A stretch of DNA of 64,000 nt from Amphiscolops sp. MND2022 (lineage: Eukaryota). The DNA lies in contig OZ076409.1 in NCBI GenBank assembly GCA_964187785.1, forward strand, positions 94,056,001 to 94,120,000, given 5' to 3'. Below are positions 1-12,600 of the stretch, in pieces. Within the stretch, counting starts at the first letter, position 1. Every line of letters begins with the position of its first letter. The position numbers and the translations under genes are program-made. Below the pieces are notes generated by a model. It made no database searches. It was not told the DNA's origin and was given only the letters and a program-made list of their open reading frames with translations.

Positions 1-792
1 GTATGACTTTTAATGAAAATGATAGTTAAATTCATCCACATTTGATCTCCGAGGGATCTCTTTTACTATGTCCTCCCTTTTGACTCGTTACACTATGTTC
101 CCTGCCCCTATGTGATGTCTTTCTGGGGTTGGCTTCCAATTGGATTAAACTTTTTAAATCCGGAAAAAAATGATTATTATCAAGATTCAAAAATAATTTA
201 AAATCAGAATGGAGAAAACTGAATATTTTCAATGATAAATCCAAAGTTGGATCAGAAAACAAGTTTTTGGGTGTTTTCAACTCATAATTGGTTTCAAGTC
301 TTCGAATGAACCAACCCTAAAGTGATGATGAGACCACATTTTGATTGCGCTGTGTCAAAAAGTTGCTGAATTGTCTTATTCAAATCAACAATGATTGAAA
401 TAAATTTAATCAAGTTGAATATAATCTTATTATAACCATTTAATTATAATCAACCAACCCTGCTTCCGAGTATCTAAATTCTGTATTTTTCACAAAATAA
501 CACTGAAACCATGCAAACTGAATTTGTTGACTTTTTCCGTAATTTTCTGCAGTTTGTAAACCAGGTATGTGTCGTATGATTTAGAAAATAGTTTTGCGCT
601 TTCAGATTTCCCGAAACTGTTTCTCCGAATCAGGTCATGATTTCTAAAGAGACATGAACTTTTCTTTGAGTCAATATAACGTAGTTTTGGTTCCAACTGA
701 AAACTTCAGCCTATTTTTGAACACTGAGAACAACCCTCGTTATGGAAAGTGATTAAACACCAACAAAAGATGTCATCCGCAGTTTCTCTCAG

Positions 793-1807
793 CCCTAGTT
801 GAAAAAAATACAAATCTTGCTAGAATCTTGCAAGACAATGCATTTTTCTGGCAGGTTTTTTGCAAGATTTTAGTAAGATATACCTCATCTTGTAAGATTC
901 TTGCAAGATGAAACTTTAGCTTGAAAGATTCTTGCAAGATATGCAATTTCTAGATTGTTGTGTTCAGTATGTTCCAAAAAGTCCTCGTAGCATGCTTCAG
1001 CCTCGTACCTTTGGAGTTCTAGTTTGACAGAAAGACAACCGTATGGCAAATTTTTGGAATGTAGAATGAAAAAGGAAGAAAGCTATTACAGTATTACTCA
1101 CCTGTGATTTTGTCTGTGTTGGTCTCTCTTTAGAAGCGAAAATGAACAAAAAACTCTCCGGTGCCCAGGTTGTCACGCCATGGCCCGCCATCCATGATTC
1201 ATGCCTCGCCATGGCATGGCCCATGACATGGGCAATGTATGTAAATCCATGAATCACGGATGGAAATCCATGTGCCATGGCTAAAAAAAATTGAAACGGG
1301 CCTCTCCGATAGCCAATACTGCCTTCAAAAAAGATGGATATGGTCCTATTTTTGACCACTCTCCATTACTTGAGCTGAAACAAAATGAGTTAGAAACATA
1401 ATGTCGGACATTCAGTTCAACTGAAAGCAAAGCATTCAGTAATTGAAAAATATCCTTATTCTGGGTTGGAGGCTCTCTGCTAGTGCGGTATATTATAGAT
1501 ATGGGAAGATACGAGAACGTGGCCATCCATGATTTCCCATGAAAGTAGAAGTATTGCGTCGAAAAATCCATGATCATGGATGATTTTCCATGAACGAACC
1601 ATGACAGACATCCTGGGTGCCCGAGTTGGTCATTTTTAGTGAATTTTTTGACAAAAAACTGCTCTTGGTTTGATGTATTTCTTGCAAGAATCTGACAGAA
1701 AAATTTTCTTGCAAGATTCTTGCAAGAATTTTTTTTCTGCCAGATTCTCGCAAGATTGGTATTGTTTGTAATGATCTTGCAAGAATTGTATTCATTTTCA
1801 ACCAGGG
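793..1807. mobile_element. Non-autonomous DNA transposon (MITE), CMC/EnSpm-like
   Basis: The left end CCCTAGTTGAAAAAAATACAAATCTTGC matches the reverse complement of the right end (CCCTGGTTGAAAATGAATACAATTCTTGC). There is a 2-bp AG flank on both sides and many palindromic CTTGCAAG subterminal repeats at both ends. Confidence 0.75.
1164..1617. mobile_element. Second CCC..GGG MITE nested in the 793-1807 element
   Basis: Termini CCCAGGTTGTC / GACATCCTGGG, 2-bp TG duplication (1162-63 and 1618-19), and CCATG/CATGG subterminal repeats. Confidence 0.75.
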
Positions 1808-2085
1808 AGATCTTTTTATGATGTTCTGTTACTTTTTTCACCACTAAGGAACGATGTTCAAGGTTTTTTGGGGACATTCTTTTTGACATAATTCCTATTC
1901 TCCATTACTTTTTGGGAATTTTGGTACACTCGTACCTTTTTTCTCCTGACCTTTCAATGATTTTTCAATTTTCTCAACAACTGTCTATTCGATTTTTTCT
2001 AAAATTCAGCGGTCTTTGTACACATTCGTTTTTAGTCGGCGCTTCATGAAGTGAAACGCGACTTTTATAGTGATTTTTTCTCTTT

Positions 2086-2890
2086 TTTTAGTCGGCGCTT
2101 CATGAAGTGAAACGCGACTATTATAGTGACTCTTTTTTTTTTCTATCCACACGAACTGACCAAAATAGTTCTACAAAAGTTCTACAAAATATTATTGCAC
2201 CAAAATGCACTATTTGGTCTAGCGAACTGAACCAAAATGGTTTTACCTGTTTTTCCGCGTAACATACCAAACCGGGCGAGACCAAAGAGTCCCCCCTTTC
2301 AATTTTTTTCGGCACTGCGAGACATTTTTTTCGGAATTTTTTTTCGAAATTTTTTCCCCAAAGGGTCCCCCCTGCATTTTTTTGATGTTTTGCGACAGAA
2401 TGGATGTTGAAAAACCTCAAAGGGTCCCCCCTTTCAGTTTTTTCGGCATTGTGAGATTTTTTTCCCGAAAATGAAAAAAAAAATTTTTCTTCAATTTTTT
2501 CATGTTTTGCGACAGAATGGATGTTGAAAAACCTCAAAGGGTCCCCCCTTTCAGTTTTTTCGGCATTGTGAGATTTTTTTCCCGAAAATGAAAAAAAAAT
2601 TTTTTCTTCAATTTTTTCATGTTTTGCGACAGAATGGATGTTGAAAAACCTCAAAGGGTCCCCCCTTTCAGTTTTTCGGCATTGTGAGACTTTAGCGCGC
2701 CAGGGGCTCGCGCTAGCGAGCCCCGGCGCGCCACTCGGTCCATTTTTTTAGTATGTAATTTTTTCAAAAAAAATTTTTCGAAAAATTTTCGATTTTCGAG
2801 TACTGTAAAAGAATACTTGACACTTGGAAGTCTTTTTTGCTATTTTTGAGCCTTGGATATGGCGCCGACTTGGGCCGGTCCCGGCTTGTT
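2086..2890 (+). mobile_element. DINE-1/HINE-like element copy B, inserted in the T-run of copy A
   Basis: Both ends are complete (TTTTAGTCGGCGC... and ...GCGCCGACTTGGGCCGGTCCCGGCTTGTT). Copy A sequence resumes at 2891 (TCAATCCACACGAA). Confidence 0.7.
2385..2690. repeat. Internal ~117-bp tandem repeat (about 2.6 copies) in HINE copy B
   Basis: TGTTTTGCGACAGAATGGATGTTGAAAAACCTCAAAGGGTCCCCCC recurs at ~2386, ~2503 and ~2620, giving the repeated peptide in ORF 2121..2654. Confidence 0.9.
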
Positions 2891-3401
2891 TCAATCCACA
2901 CGAAGTGACCAAAATAGTTCTTAAAAGTTCTACAAAATAATATTGCACCATTTGGCCGAGCGAACTGAACCAAAAAAGTTTTTCCTGTTTTCCCGCGTAA
3001 CATACCATACCGATCGAGACCAAAGGGTCCCCCCTTTCAATTTTTTTGCTGTTTTGCGACAGAATGGATGTTAGAAAATCCCAAAGGGTCCCCCCTTTCA
3101 GTTTTTCGGCATTGTGAGACTTTTTTCGACAATTTGTTTTTTCTCCAAAGGGTCTCCCTTTCAACTGCGACAAAAATGTTGACAATTTCGGAAGTGTCCC
3201 CCTTTTAGTGCTCCCGGCTCGTCACTCGGTTCTTTTTTTGGTTTTTCGATTTTCGAGTACTGTAAATTGACACTTGGAAGTCCTTTTGCTATTTTTGAGC
3301 CTTGGATATGGCTCCGACTTGGGCCGGTCCCGGCTGGTTCAATATTCTCTCTATTCCAATCCGCTTCCGACTCCTTTATCGCACAATTAGCTTTGGTTTA
3401 G

Positions 3402-3957
3402 AACAAGCCGGGAACGGCCCAAGTCGGCGCCATATCCAAGGCTCAAAAATAGCAAAAGGACATGAAAGTGTCAAAAACAAACTCACAAGTGTCAAAGTAT
3501 CAAACCCACGAAGAGAGTATCAAACTCACAAAAAACTCAAACGAAGCGCTAAAAGGGTGGACATCCTTTGTTGCAAAACATCAAAAAATTTAAGGGGAGA
3601 CCCTTTGGTGAAAAAAGTCTCAATGCCGGAAAAAGCTGAAAGGGGGATCCTTTGGGATTTTTCAGCATCCATTCTGTCGCAAAACATCAAAAAATGGAAG
3701 GGACCCTTTGGGGAATTTTTTTTCGAAAAATAAGTCTTGCAATGCCGAAAAAACTGAAAGGGGGACCGGTATTGTATGTTACGCGCAAAGAAAAAGAGGA
3801 AAAACTTTTTTGGTTCAGTTCGCTAGGCCAAATGATTCAATTTGGGACCATAAAATTTCGTAGAACTTTCAAGAACTATTTTGGTCAGTTCGTGTGGATT
3901 GAAAAAAAAGAGTCACTATAATAGTCGCGTTTCACTTCATGAAGCGCCGACTAAAAA
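3402..3957 (-). mobile_element. DINE-1/HINE-like element copy C (inverted)
   Basis: AACAAGCCGGGAACGGCCCAAGTCGGCGC ... AGTCGCGTTTCACTTCATGAAGCGCCGACTAAAAA is the reverse complement of the A/B ends. Confidence 0.75.
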
Positions 3958-5449
3958 GGACTGAACGATTCACTATATATAGTGAACCGTGTAGTTTTTT
4001 TGAGTGATGGTATACCTATTCTTGGTATACTCAAATTTCGTAATCAACGGAGGAAGCTAAAGCTAAAATTGCAACCAGAGAAAAGATTTCAAGGTTTCTG
4101 GGCACTATCTTTGAAAGCTATCTTCAGCGAACATAAAAGCAATGAGATTATTTTGAAACATTGATTGTTTCGAAATTTCTGCAAACTTTTATTTATGCAA
4201 TTTTTCGGTCGATAAGGGGATTTCAGCTAGCCCACTTTTGCACCTAGTTTCTAATTTTCTTGATTTGTAGAGTATTTATTACAATAAATTATTACAATAA
4301 ATTATTACAATAAATCTACTCTAGAACAAAGTTTCTTGGAAAATGAAAGCCTGTTCATAAACGCATGGAGTTTTAGTTTCTAACCCTGGAAATCAAAACT
4401 AGCTCACTTCTTTACATTTTAAAGTGTACCAATTTTCACTTTCAACGAATTATTCAATCTTTTATTGATAAGTTTTCGTGTTTCAGAGAACTTGGAAGAA
4501 ATGGAATTGGGATACGAAGAAAATTTGCGATGATTGGCAAAACGGAGGATTCCAGGACACATTTATTAGTAGTTTCATAATTTTCTATTGACTTGTAATT
4601 AATTGTGTAATTAAATTTGTGTTACCTTTCTTATTTAATTCTAACTTGAGAAAACAATTGAAAAATTTGATAGCATTCGGTTGCCAAATATTTTATGGTA
4701 CCTTTGTTGGCTGGAAAACTCGTTTTGTTTAAGGAAAAAGCTGTCTTTCAAGAAATGCTCGTTCTCGTATCTGAAAGCAGCTTATTTTGATGTGAATTTT
4801 TGGAATGACCGGTTTTTCTTGACATTTTTGGCACTTCGACTGAGCATGAAATTATTCACTGTTCCAATAGTACTCAGTTTCAAAATCGACTGAAATGAAT
4901 TATCAATTACCAGAAACTTAGCGCAGAAAAGTAAACATCATCTTTTACTCAACACTCAGTGAAAACCTGTAAATTTATGATTCAACATCATTTGACCCCA
5001 CGTTCAATTCACCCCACAGTTTGAATCTACAAACGCGTTTCAGATTACTGTCACAATTTCAACATTAATGCTAACAGAAAAACCTAATTACCTCGTCATA
5101 ATACTTTCAAAACAAAGCACTAACAATTTTTCACTTTCTGCAAAACGTTGAAACGCAAGCTCTCGCGTAATCGAGTCGTCAGAAAAAAAACCCAAAAAAT
5201 GGTCAAAAATATTCCTCCAAATACAACAAGCGTTACAAATTGCTCTCGTCTAAGGAGGAACATAAACAACTGTGTGGGAGAGTCTACTCTCGAACATTCT
5301 AATTCAGTTCAAAAGAAAAAAAACAGGTTGTTGAACACTCCATAAGAGAGTTCTTCACAAAAGAAAGTGATCAAGCAAAAAAGCGATCATACGCAACATG
5401 GTCTATAAAATAGTGTTATCAGCTCTATCAGTTTTGAAAACTCGTCAGA

Positions 5450-8400
5450 TTCCTCAGCATAGCTACATGGCTCTGCGAGACATTTCTGAACCAGCGGGAA
5501 GATAACATCGAGTAGTTCGTCAGCTTTTCCTGGACGGCCAGCTTATAAGGATGAGCCCAAGTGTTACCTAAAGCGGAATGGGAAAAGTGGCGGGATCTTC
5601 CTATGATGGCAGTAAATGCCAATCATGCAATATCAGAACCAGAGTTAGTCAAAATGCCGACGGGAAACCAATAAAGACTGGCAGCACTATTGAAACAATT
5701 GAATGAACAGGCTGGCCTGACAAAAATGGGTAGCATACTTTTCCTATCATTGAGCGTCACATGCAGAAAAAAACTTGCCAGATAAATTTTTGTACATGAC
5801 GGTATCAACAGTAACATTGGCTGAAAAAAATGGGAACAAATCTACAAGCTGAGGAACAGAACATTGGCTTGATGCTAAATTTTCTCCCGAAAACGACAGA
5901 ATCAAGAATCACTCAGGCAGTTTTGGAGTTATCTTATAGGATTGACTGCAATCTGCGAATTTGGTGAACAGACAAAAAGTCTCATCATGGATGCATTTAT
6001 CCAGAATATGCACAATAAAACGGTTTCAGAACGTCTCTGTACCAAACCAGAAGACCAACCTCAAAAGGCGCCGCGTTTTGCAATTGCATTTGAAGGGATT
6101 AGCTAGCGAAAGAGTTTTGTGTGGAGTAACGAAAACAAAATAGAACCAGTGTTTGTTAGCGGTAAAAGCTAGATCACCAAGGAACCACTGTACCTGGTTT
6201 GGATTTGAATTTACGCAAACTTATCTAGACCCCTCTAAAGCGGACGAAATTGTGGATTTACCGGAGATTTCGCTCGAATGTGTAAGCCGTGGAGAAATGC
6301 CAACTTGGTAGTAGAGGCATGTGAGAAGAGTGAATTTAATCGACCAACAGGCCGACGAATCACGAGGAAGCTCAGAATGGGATGACGAAATCCTTGTATT
6401 ACTTGTAAAAGGGGTAGGAGCAAAGCCCTTTAACCTGAAGGGCAAAATCAACGAGCAGCAATTTTCAAAAATAATCGTTTCATATCCCCATAACAATCTT
6501 CACCAGAGAAGATTTGAGACGACTCCTGAAAAGAAATTGATATTTGTGATGCCATTCTCGAAGAATGAAGAATACCTGGATTACGATGAGCGATCGCTAA
6601 ATTGAGTGGGTTACATTACAGTGGACGTGGAAGTGAGTAAACAAAAATTGAAGGGTGCAAAAATTGTGATAACAAGAGACGGGATCTGAAATGAATACCG
6701 AAAAAGGTTTCTTACGTGTTTAAAAGACAAGGAAGGATTATTGGTCGGAGTATTAGAATTGAATTCAAAGAAAGAGTCAAAATCACCCAACAGAAGGGAA
6801 GACATGTGCCGCTACATTTACAGCAAGCAGTCGACGCGGAAACGAAGAACCCTTTGGAAGCGGGCCACAATGGGAGGACATCATTACAGTGCATAGGCAA
6901 GCTATTTTGCTGCTTGCCGTGGAATCTGGGACACAAAATTTACGGTGCTTGTCCGTGGAATGCTTGTCCGTGGAATCCAGGACTTATGACGTAATTTGCC
7001 AATTTTGCACGGTTAAAGGTATGGTTGTGGAATCCGAGGTATAGAAAGCACAAAATTGTGCTTTGAGCAAATTTAGCTTGCCTATGCTCTCTAATGATAG
7101 ACAATCACAGACCAGTTGTTCTTTAAACCAGTTCCAAGTACAGTCAAAAAAGCGTCAGAACCGTCAAAACTGCCTTGGATGTCGAGTCGCTTAACATTGC
7201 TGTCATACTGAAAATTAAATTTCAAATGCCGGATATGGAAAGTCTGATGAAAAATTGCCGAAATAGCAAACAGCAAGAAGGAATGTGAGGTACTATGCAC
7301 TTCGTTGCAACTTTCAATTTGCAACTTTCAAATCATAGAAAAGGAAACAACGGGCACATACGCATTCAACACAGGCTTTTATGGGTTAAATACAATGCAC
7401 CCAAAACATCAAAGAAAAACTGCGAACAATTTACACAGAAAGAAAACTACAATTACATTCATTGATGACACTTTACTTTAATGGAAGGAAGCAGAAACGA
7501 CCACCTAAAAACAAAAGAAGAAGCCATTCGAGTGTCGGACGAAGCAGCAATCAGCCTAAAACCGACAAATTGTCTGATCGATAAATTTGTAACAGGGTGG
7601 CTGGGATACACTCTGTCCACAAAAGGGTGAAAATACGTAGAAGATCAGGGATAGATTCCGTTCAAAGAATTTGAAAGATCTCATATCATTTATGCGTGCT
7701 TTTCCCTTCTAAACAATGATGTACCCAATTCGGCAGACTTGTGTGCACCCCTTTGACATTTTATGAAGCGTGACAACATTTAGAAGTGGGAAAAGGAGCA
7801 CGAAGAAGCATTTAGAACGATGAAAGAAGCAATGGAACAAGTGACTGAATTAAAACTTTTCAAATAGAGATATACCATTGCCAATAATTCGTGATGCCAG
7901 CGAAGAACGTCTAGGGGCGATTTTGCAACAGAAACAAGACGACAATTGGGAAACGACCCACTTTGCATCACGGCTCCTTTTTGAATTTCAACAAAATTAT
8001 TCGACAAAAGACGTAGAAAGACTAGCAACTGTTTGAGGTATAGAAAAACTTTGGAACTTTGTGTATGGCACTGAGTTCGAAGTCGACTTAGATCACAAAG
8101 CATGGTAGTATTAGGGGTAATCGGGGAAATGGAACATTTTTAACAAGATTTACTGAGTGGGTTGACAGATTGCTTCTGTTCCAGTTAAAGGTAGTGCATG
8201 CCCCGGCTCGTACAATGGGTATGGCAGATTATCCCTCAAGGCATCAGTCTGACAAGACGGGTAACGAGAGTAAAATTGAAATAAAGAAATGCGACACAAC
8301 TGGTCTACCGTGAGCGAAATAATCAGTAATGACACTTCTGTTTCAGTGACTCAAGACGGTTGGAAGGAAGCGAAGCAGTTATAGGACAGAAGTTGGCAAC

Positions 8401-9660
8401 TGTAACGGAGTTAAAAGCAAGAGCGGATATGAAGAGCGAAATTCAAGTCAAAACAAGAGAAAAAAAATTTCTAAATCGCAGCAATACTAACGCCGTCAAA
8501 TCCATACTAGTGCGAATTCAAGCTCCTGTGAAAGAAAGAGCAACACTTTGAAGCAAGAGGCTTAGAAGACATCAAAAAAAACGGAATGTTGTTCGATTTT
8601 TCTGCAAACTTCGAGACGTTTCACGGTCTATTCCTAGTATGAATGAAACGATTTCGTGCAAAAAGAACTTGGAGTAATCAAAAATCTGGCTTTCAAAATG
8701 TTTAACTACCTTTCAATTCTGTAGCGAGAGAAACTTCGTTGTCTCAATATTGTAAACAAACATGTATGTACATGAACGAACGCTTGGTTGTACCGAAGGT
8801 AAAGCGTCCAGTTATCACAAGATCGTTCCAATACGGCCATCCTGGGAAGAAAAGCATGTTAGCTACGGTGTCTAACGTCTGGTGGCCCAAGGTACATCGA
8901 GAAGTTGTTGCAATTGCAAAAAACTGTCCTCGATGTATCGAAGCCGGTTAAATTACTAAAATGTACTTTGTCAAAAACTAGACGGAAAACGACAGCACAG
9001 AAAACAACCAAGAAATTGTCATCAATTTTTCGGGGCCGTTTCAGAATGCACTCAATGCTCTGAATTGTTTGTAAGTATCCTGTGATAATTTTTCGGGGTT
9101 GTCGGAACCTACGTTTTCAAGACATTGGACGACAGAAGATATAATACTCTCCGCAAAACTATATAGCTGGACACGAGATGCCAGAAACAAATAGGACGGA
9201 TACTGAACCTCTGAACCTGTTTAGAAATAGGCGGTTCAAGGAACTTTGCAATAAGCGGTTGATAAATCATGTCGAGTGCCGAATGTGTGCCGAAAACTCA
9301 AAAATAAAAAAGATGCAGAAAAGAACGGTTGAAACAAAAAAGAGGATTTTACTGGGATATCATTGCTCAGTGCTCAGGGTTGTCAAACAACTGTTCGCAA
9401 TGAGAATGAACCTATCACAAACAGGAAAATCACCGTATGAAAAATATACGGGAGTCGAACTGAAATCGATCAAGAAAACGGTCATGAATCGTAAACGATC
9501 CAATTCAGACATTCCAGAGTTCCAGCTAACTTTGATAGATTTCGACTCGTGACAAGATGCGACGATCTCGGTAAGAGTGAAGTCACGGGCAGGAAAATGG
9601 AAGGGGCCTTCAAGAATGGAAAAAGTGTTCATTTGATACAGTTCACACATGCAATCACGT
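5450..9660 (+). pseudogene. Heavily decayed Ty3/Gypsy gag-pol
   Basis: Fragments occur in canonical order: gag-like (EWEKWR), protease region (GAKPFNLKGKIN), RT N-terminus (QQKGRHVPLHLQQAVDAE), GFYGL, FIDD, RNase H (DAS..LGA), integrase H2C2 (HPGKKSM..VWWPKVHREV....CPRC) and IN core. Many stops and frameshifts; limits approximate. Confidence 0.8.
6880..7098. mobile_element. Small MITE inserted into the decayed RT
   Basis: ~32-bp TIRs (ATCATTACAGTGCATAGGCAAGCTATTTTGCT vs revcomp ATCATTAGAGAGCATAGGCAAGCTAAATTTGCT) and internal TGCTTGYCCGTGGAAT-like repeats. RT-like sequence resumes after it. Confidence 0.7.
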
Positions 9661-12600
9661 TTTCGTCTGGACTATTCACTATTCGGGTCACCAGTACATT
9701 ATGGCTGTAGAACTCTGTTTTGTGTCTACCATTCTCTGCCCTTTTGACTTCTTGGTTCTGGCTTTGTTCGGCCTCTCGGTGGCTTGGCTGCTGCTGTTGT
9801 TCTGTTTGCATATGTGGCTCCGGTCTATTCTATACTGTGTTTTTTTACCACATTGCTCACATAACGTGGGTTGTTTTTTGGCTCTTTTTGTCCCCTTGTG
9901 CTGTCGTTTTCTTGCCATATTCGTTAGCTCTGCTACTGCTAAACCTGGTTTCTTCTTCTTTGGTTGTTACATTTTTTTTCGATGCCTTTGTCTGCGGATT
10001 TGACGGGAAACACGCAGTTTTTTATGTCTCTCTCGGGTCTGGTCGCGAATAGTGATTGGTTGACAGCTTGTTGTATTTGGCAACTTCCTTTGAGCTGCCA
10101 TGGGGCTGTTTGATGACATTATTTTCTCAGCTGCATCTCGCGAACAGCATGGCTCCTTTGTTGGTTGTTGCATTCTGACCGATATTACGTTTCGAAAGTT
10201 TTGTAGGCTTGTTACTTCCCACTGGCAAAAACCGTGATTATATGATTGGACTGATGAAGACCAACTCCTTCTCTCTTTTTTCTCTTCTTGAAGGCTCCTT
10301 CCCATTTGCTGCCCGATGACATTTCTCTTGCCTGAGTCGAAATCTGTATAAGTTGGCTGGAATTCCTAAATGTTGGAAGTGGATTGATTACGATTCATGA
10401 GCAACTTCTTGACCGTGTTGCGTTCCACTCCTGTAAGTTTTTCATACAGCGATTTTCTTATTCGTGATGGGCTCAGTCTCTTTGCGAAGACTCTTTATGA
10501 AAACTTTGAGCTTTCCCTATTCACTATAATTTCCTTATTTGCTCTCAACTGTTCTCTCATGGATCTTATCAATCTCCCTATTGTCGCGTTTCCAGTTATT
10601 GGTCACTTATTTGGCACTCGAAATGATTTATCAACCGTTTTTTGCAAAATTCCTCGAACCGTTTACTTTTGAAAAGGGTTGCAAGATACGTCCTTATTGC
10701 TTTTAATGTCTCTTGTCTAGCTATAACGATTTGGAGAACTTGGAATAATCAAAAATTTGGCTTTCAAAATGTTTAACTACCTTTCAATTCTGTAGCGAGA
10801 GAAACTTCGTTGTCTCAACATTGGTGAACAAACATTTATGTACATGAACGAACGCTTGGTTGTACCGAAGGTAAAGCGTCCAGTTATCCCAAGACCGTTC
10901 CAATACAGCCATTCTGGGAAGAAAAGCATGTTAGCTACGGTGTCTAACGTCTGGTGGCCCAAGGTACAACGAGAAGTTGTTGCAATTGCAAAAAACTGTC
11001 CTCAATGTAGCGAAACCGGTAAAAATACTAAAAATGTACATTGTCAAAAACTAGGCGGAAAACTTGCGACAGCACAGAAAACAACCAAGAAATTGCCATC
11101 AATTTTCGGGGCCGTTTCAGAATGCACTCAATGCTCTGAATTGTTTGTAAGTATCCTGTGATCATTTTTCGGGGTTGTCGGAACCTACGTTTTTAAGACA
11201 TTGGACGACAGAAGGTATAATACTCTCCGCAAAACTGTATAGCTGGACACGAGATGCCAGAAACAAATAGGACGGATACTGAACCTCTGAACCTGTTTAG
11301 AAATAGGCGGTTCAAGGAACTTTGCAATAAGCGGTTGATAAATCATGTCGAGTGCCGAATGAGTGCCGAAAACTCAAAAATAAAAAAGATGCAGAAAAGA
11401 ACGGTTGAAACAAAAAAGAGGATTTTACTGGGATATCATTGCTCAGTGCTCAGGGTTGTCAAACAACTGTTCGCAATGAGAATGAACCTATCACAAACAG
11501 GAAAATCACCGTATGAAAAATATACGGGAGTCGAACTGAAATCGATCAAGAAAACGGTCATGAATCGTAAACGATCCAATTCAGACATTCCAGAGTTCCA
11601 GCTAACTTTGATAGATTTCGACTGGTGACAAGATGCGACGATCTCGGTAAGAGTGAAGTCACGGGCAGGAAAATGGAAGGGGCCTTCAAGAATGGAAAAA
11701 GTGTTCATTTGATACAGTTCACACATGGAATCACGTTTTCGTCTGGACTATTCACTATTCGGGTCACCAGTACATTATGGCTGTAGAACTCTGTTTTGTG
11801 TCTACCATTCTCTGCCCTTTTGACTTCTTGGTTCTGGCTTTGTTCGGCCTCTCGGTGGCTTGGCTGCTGCTGTTGTTCTGTTTGCATATGTGGCTCCGGT
11901 CTATTCTATACTGTGTTTTTTTTACCACATTGCTCACATAACGTGGGTTGTTTTTTGGCTCTTTTTGTCCCCTTGTGCTGTCGTTTTCTTGCCATATTCG
12001 TTAGCTCTGCTACTGCTAAACCTGGTTTCTTCTTCTTTGGTTGTTACATTTTTTTTCGATGCCTTTGTCTGCGGATTTGACGGGAAACACGCAGTTTTTT
12101 ATGACTCTCTCGGGTCTGGTCGCAAATAGTGATTGGTTGACAGCTTGTTGTATTTGGCAACTTCCTTTGATCTGCCATGGGGCTGTTTGATGACATTGTT
12201 TTCTCAGCTGCATCTCGCGAACAGCATGGCTCCTTTGTTGGTTGTTGCATTCTGACCGATATTACGTTTCGAAAGTTTTGTAGGCTTGTTACTTCCCACT
12301 GGCAAAAACCGTGATTATATGATTGGACTGATGAAGACCAACTCCTTCTCTCTTTTTTCTCTTCTTGAAGGCTCCTTCCCATTTGCTGCCCGATGACATT
12401 TCTCTTGCCTGAGTCGAAATCTGTATAAGTTGGCTGGAATTCCTAAATGTCGGAAGTGGATTGATTACGATTCATGAGCAACTTCTTGACCGTGTTGCGT
12501 TCCACTCCTGTAAGTTTTTCATACAGCGATTTTCTTATTCGTGATGGGCTCAGTCTCTTTGCGAAGACTCTTTATGAAAACTTTGAGCTTTCCCTATTCA

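Larger units (their letters stand above)
2030..3339 (+). mobile_element. DINE-1/HINE-like non-autonomous Helentron (host copy A, interrupted by copy B)
   Basis: One end is TTTTAGTCGGCGCTTCATGAAGTGAAACGCGACT (subTIR plus hairpin). The other is GCTCCGACTTGGGCCGGTCCCGGCTGGTT (subTIR, GC-rich hairpin, TT). This is the DINE-1 architecture. Confidence 0.7.

Noticed and set aside
370..462. Possible right end of a hAT-like element (..CAACCAACCCTG)
   Set aside because: No matching left end or TSD was found within the window.
2121..3921. ORFs of 79-177 aa in the HINE cluster
   Set aside because: They lie in non-autonomous repeats, and the peptide repeats simply follow the 117-bp DNA repeat.
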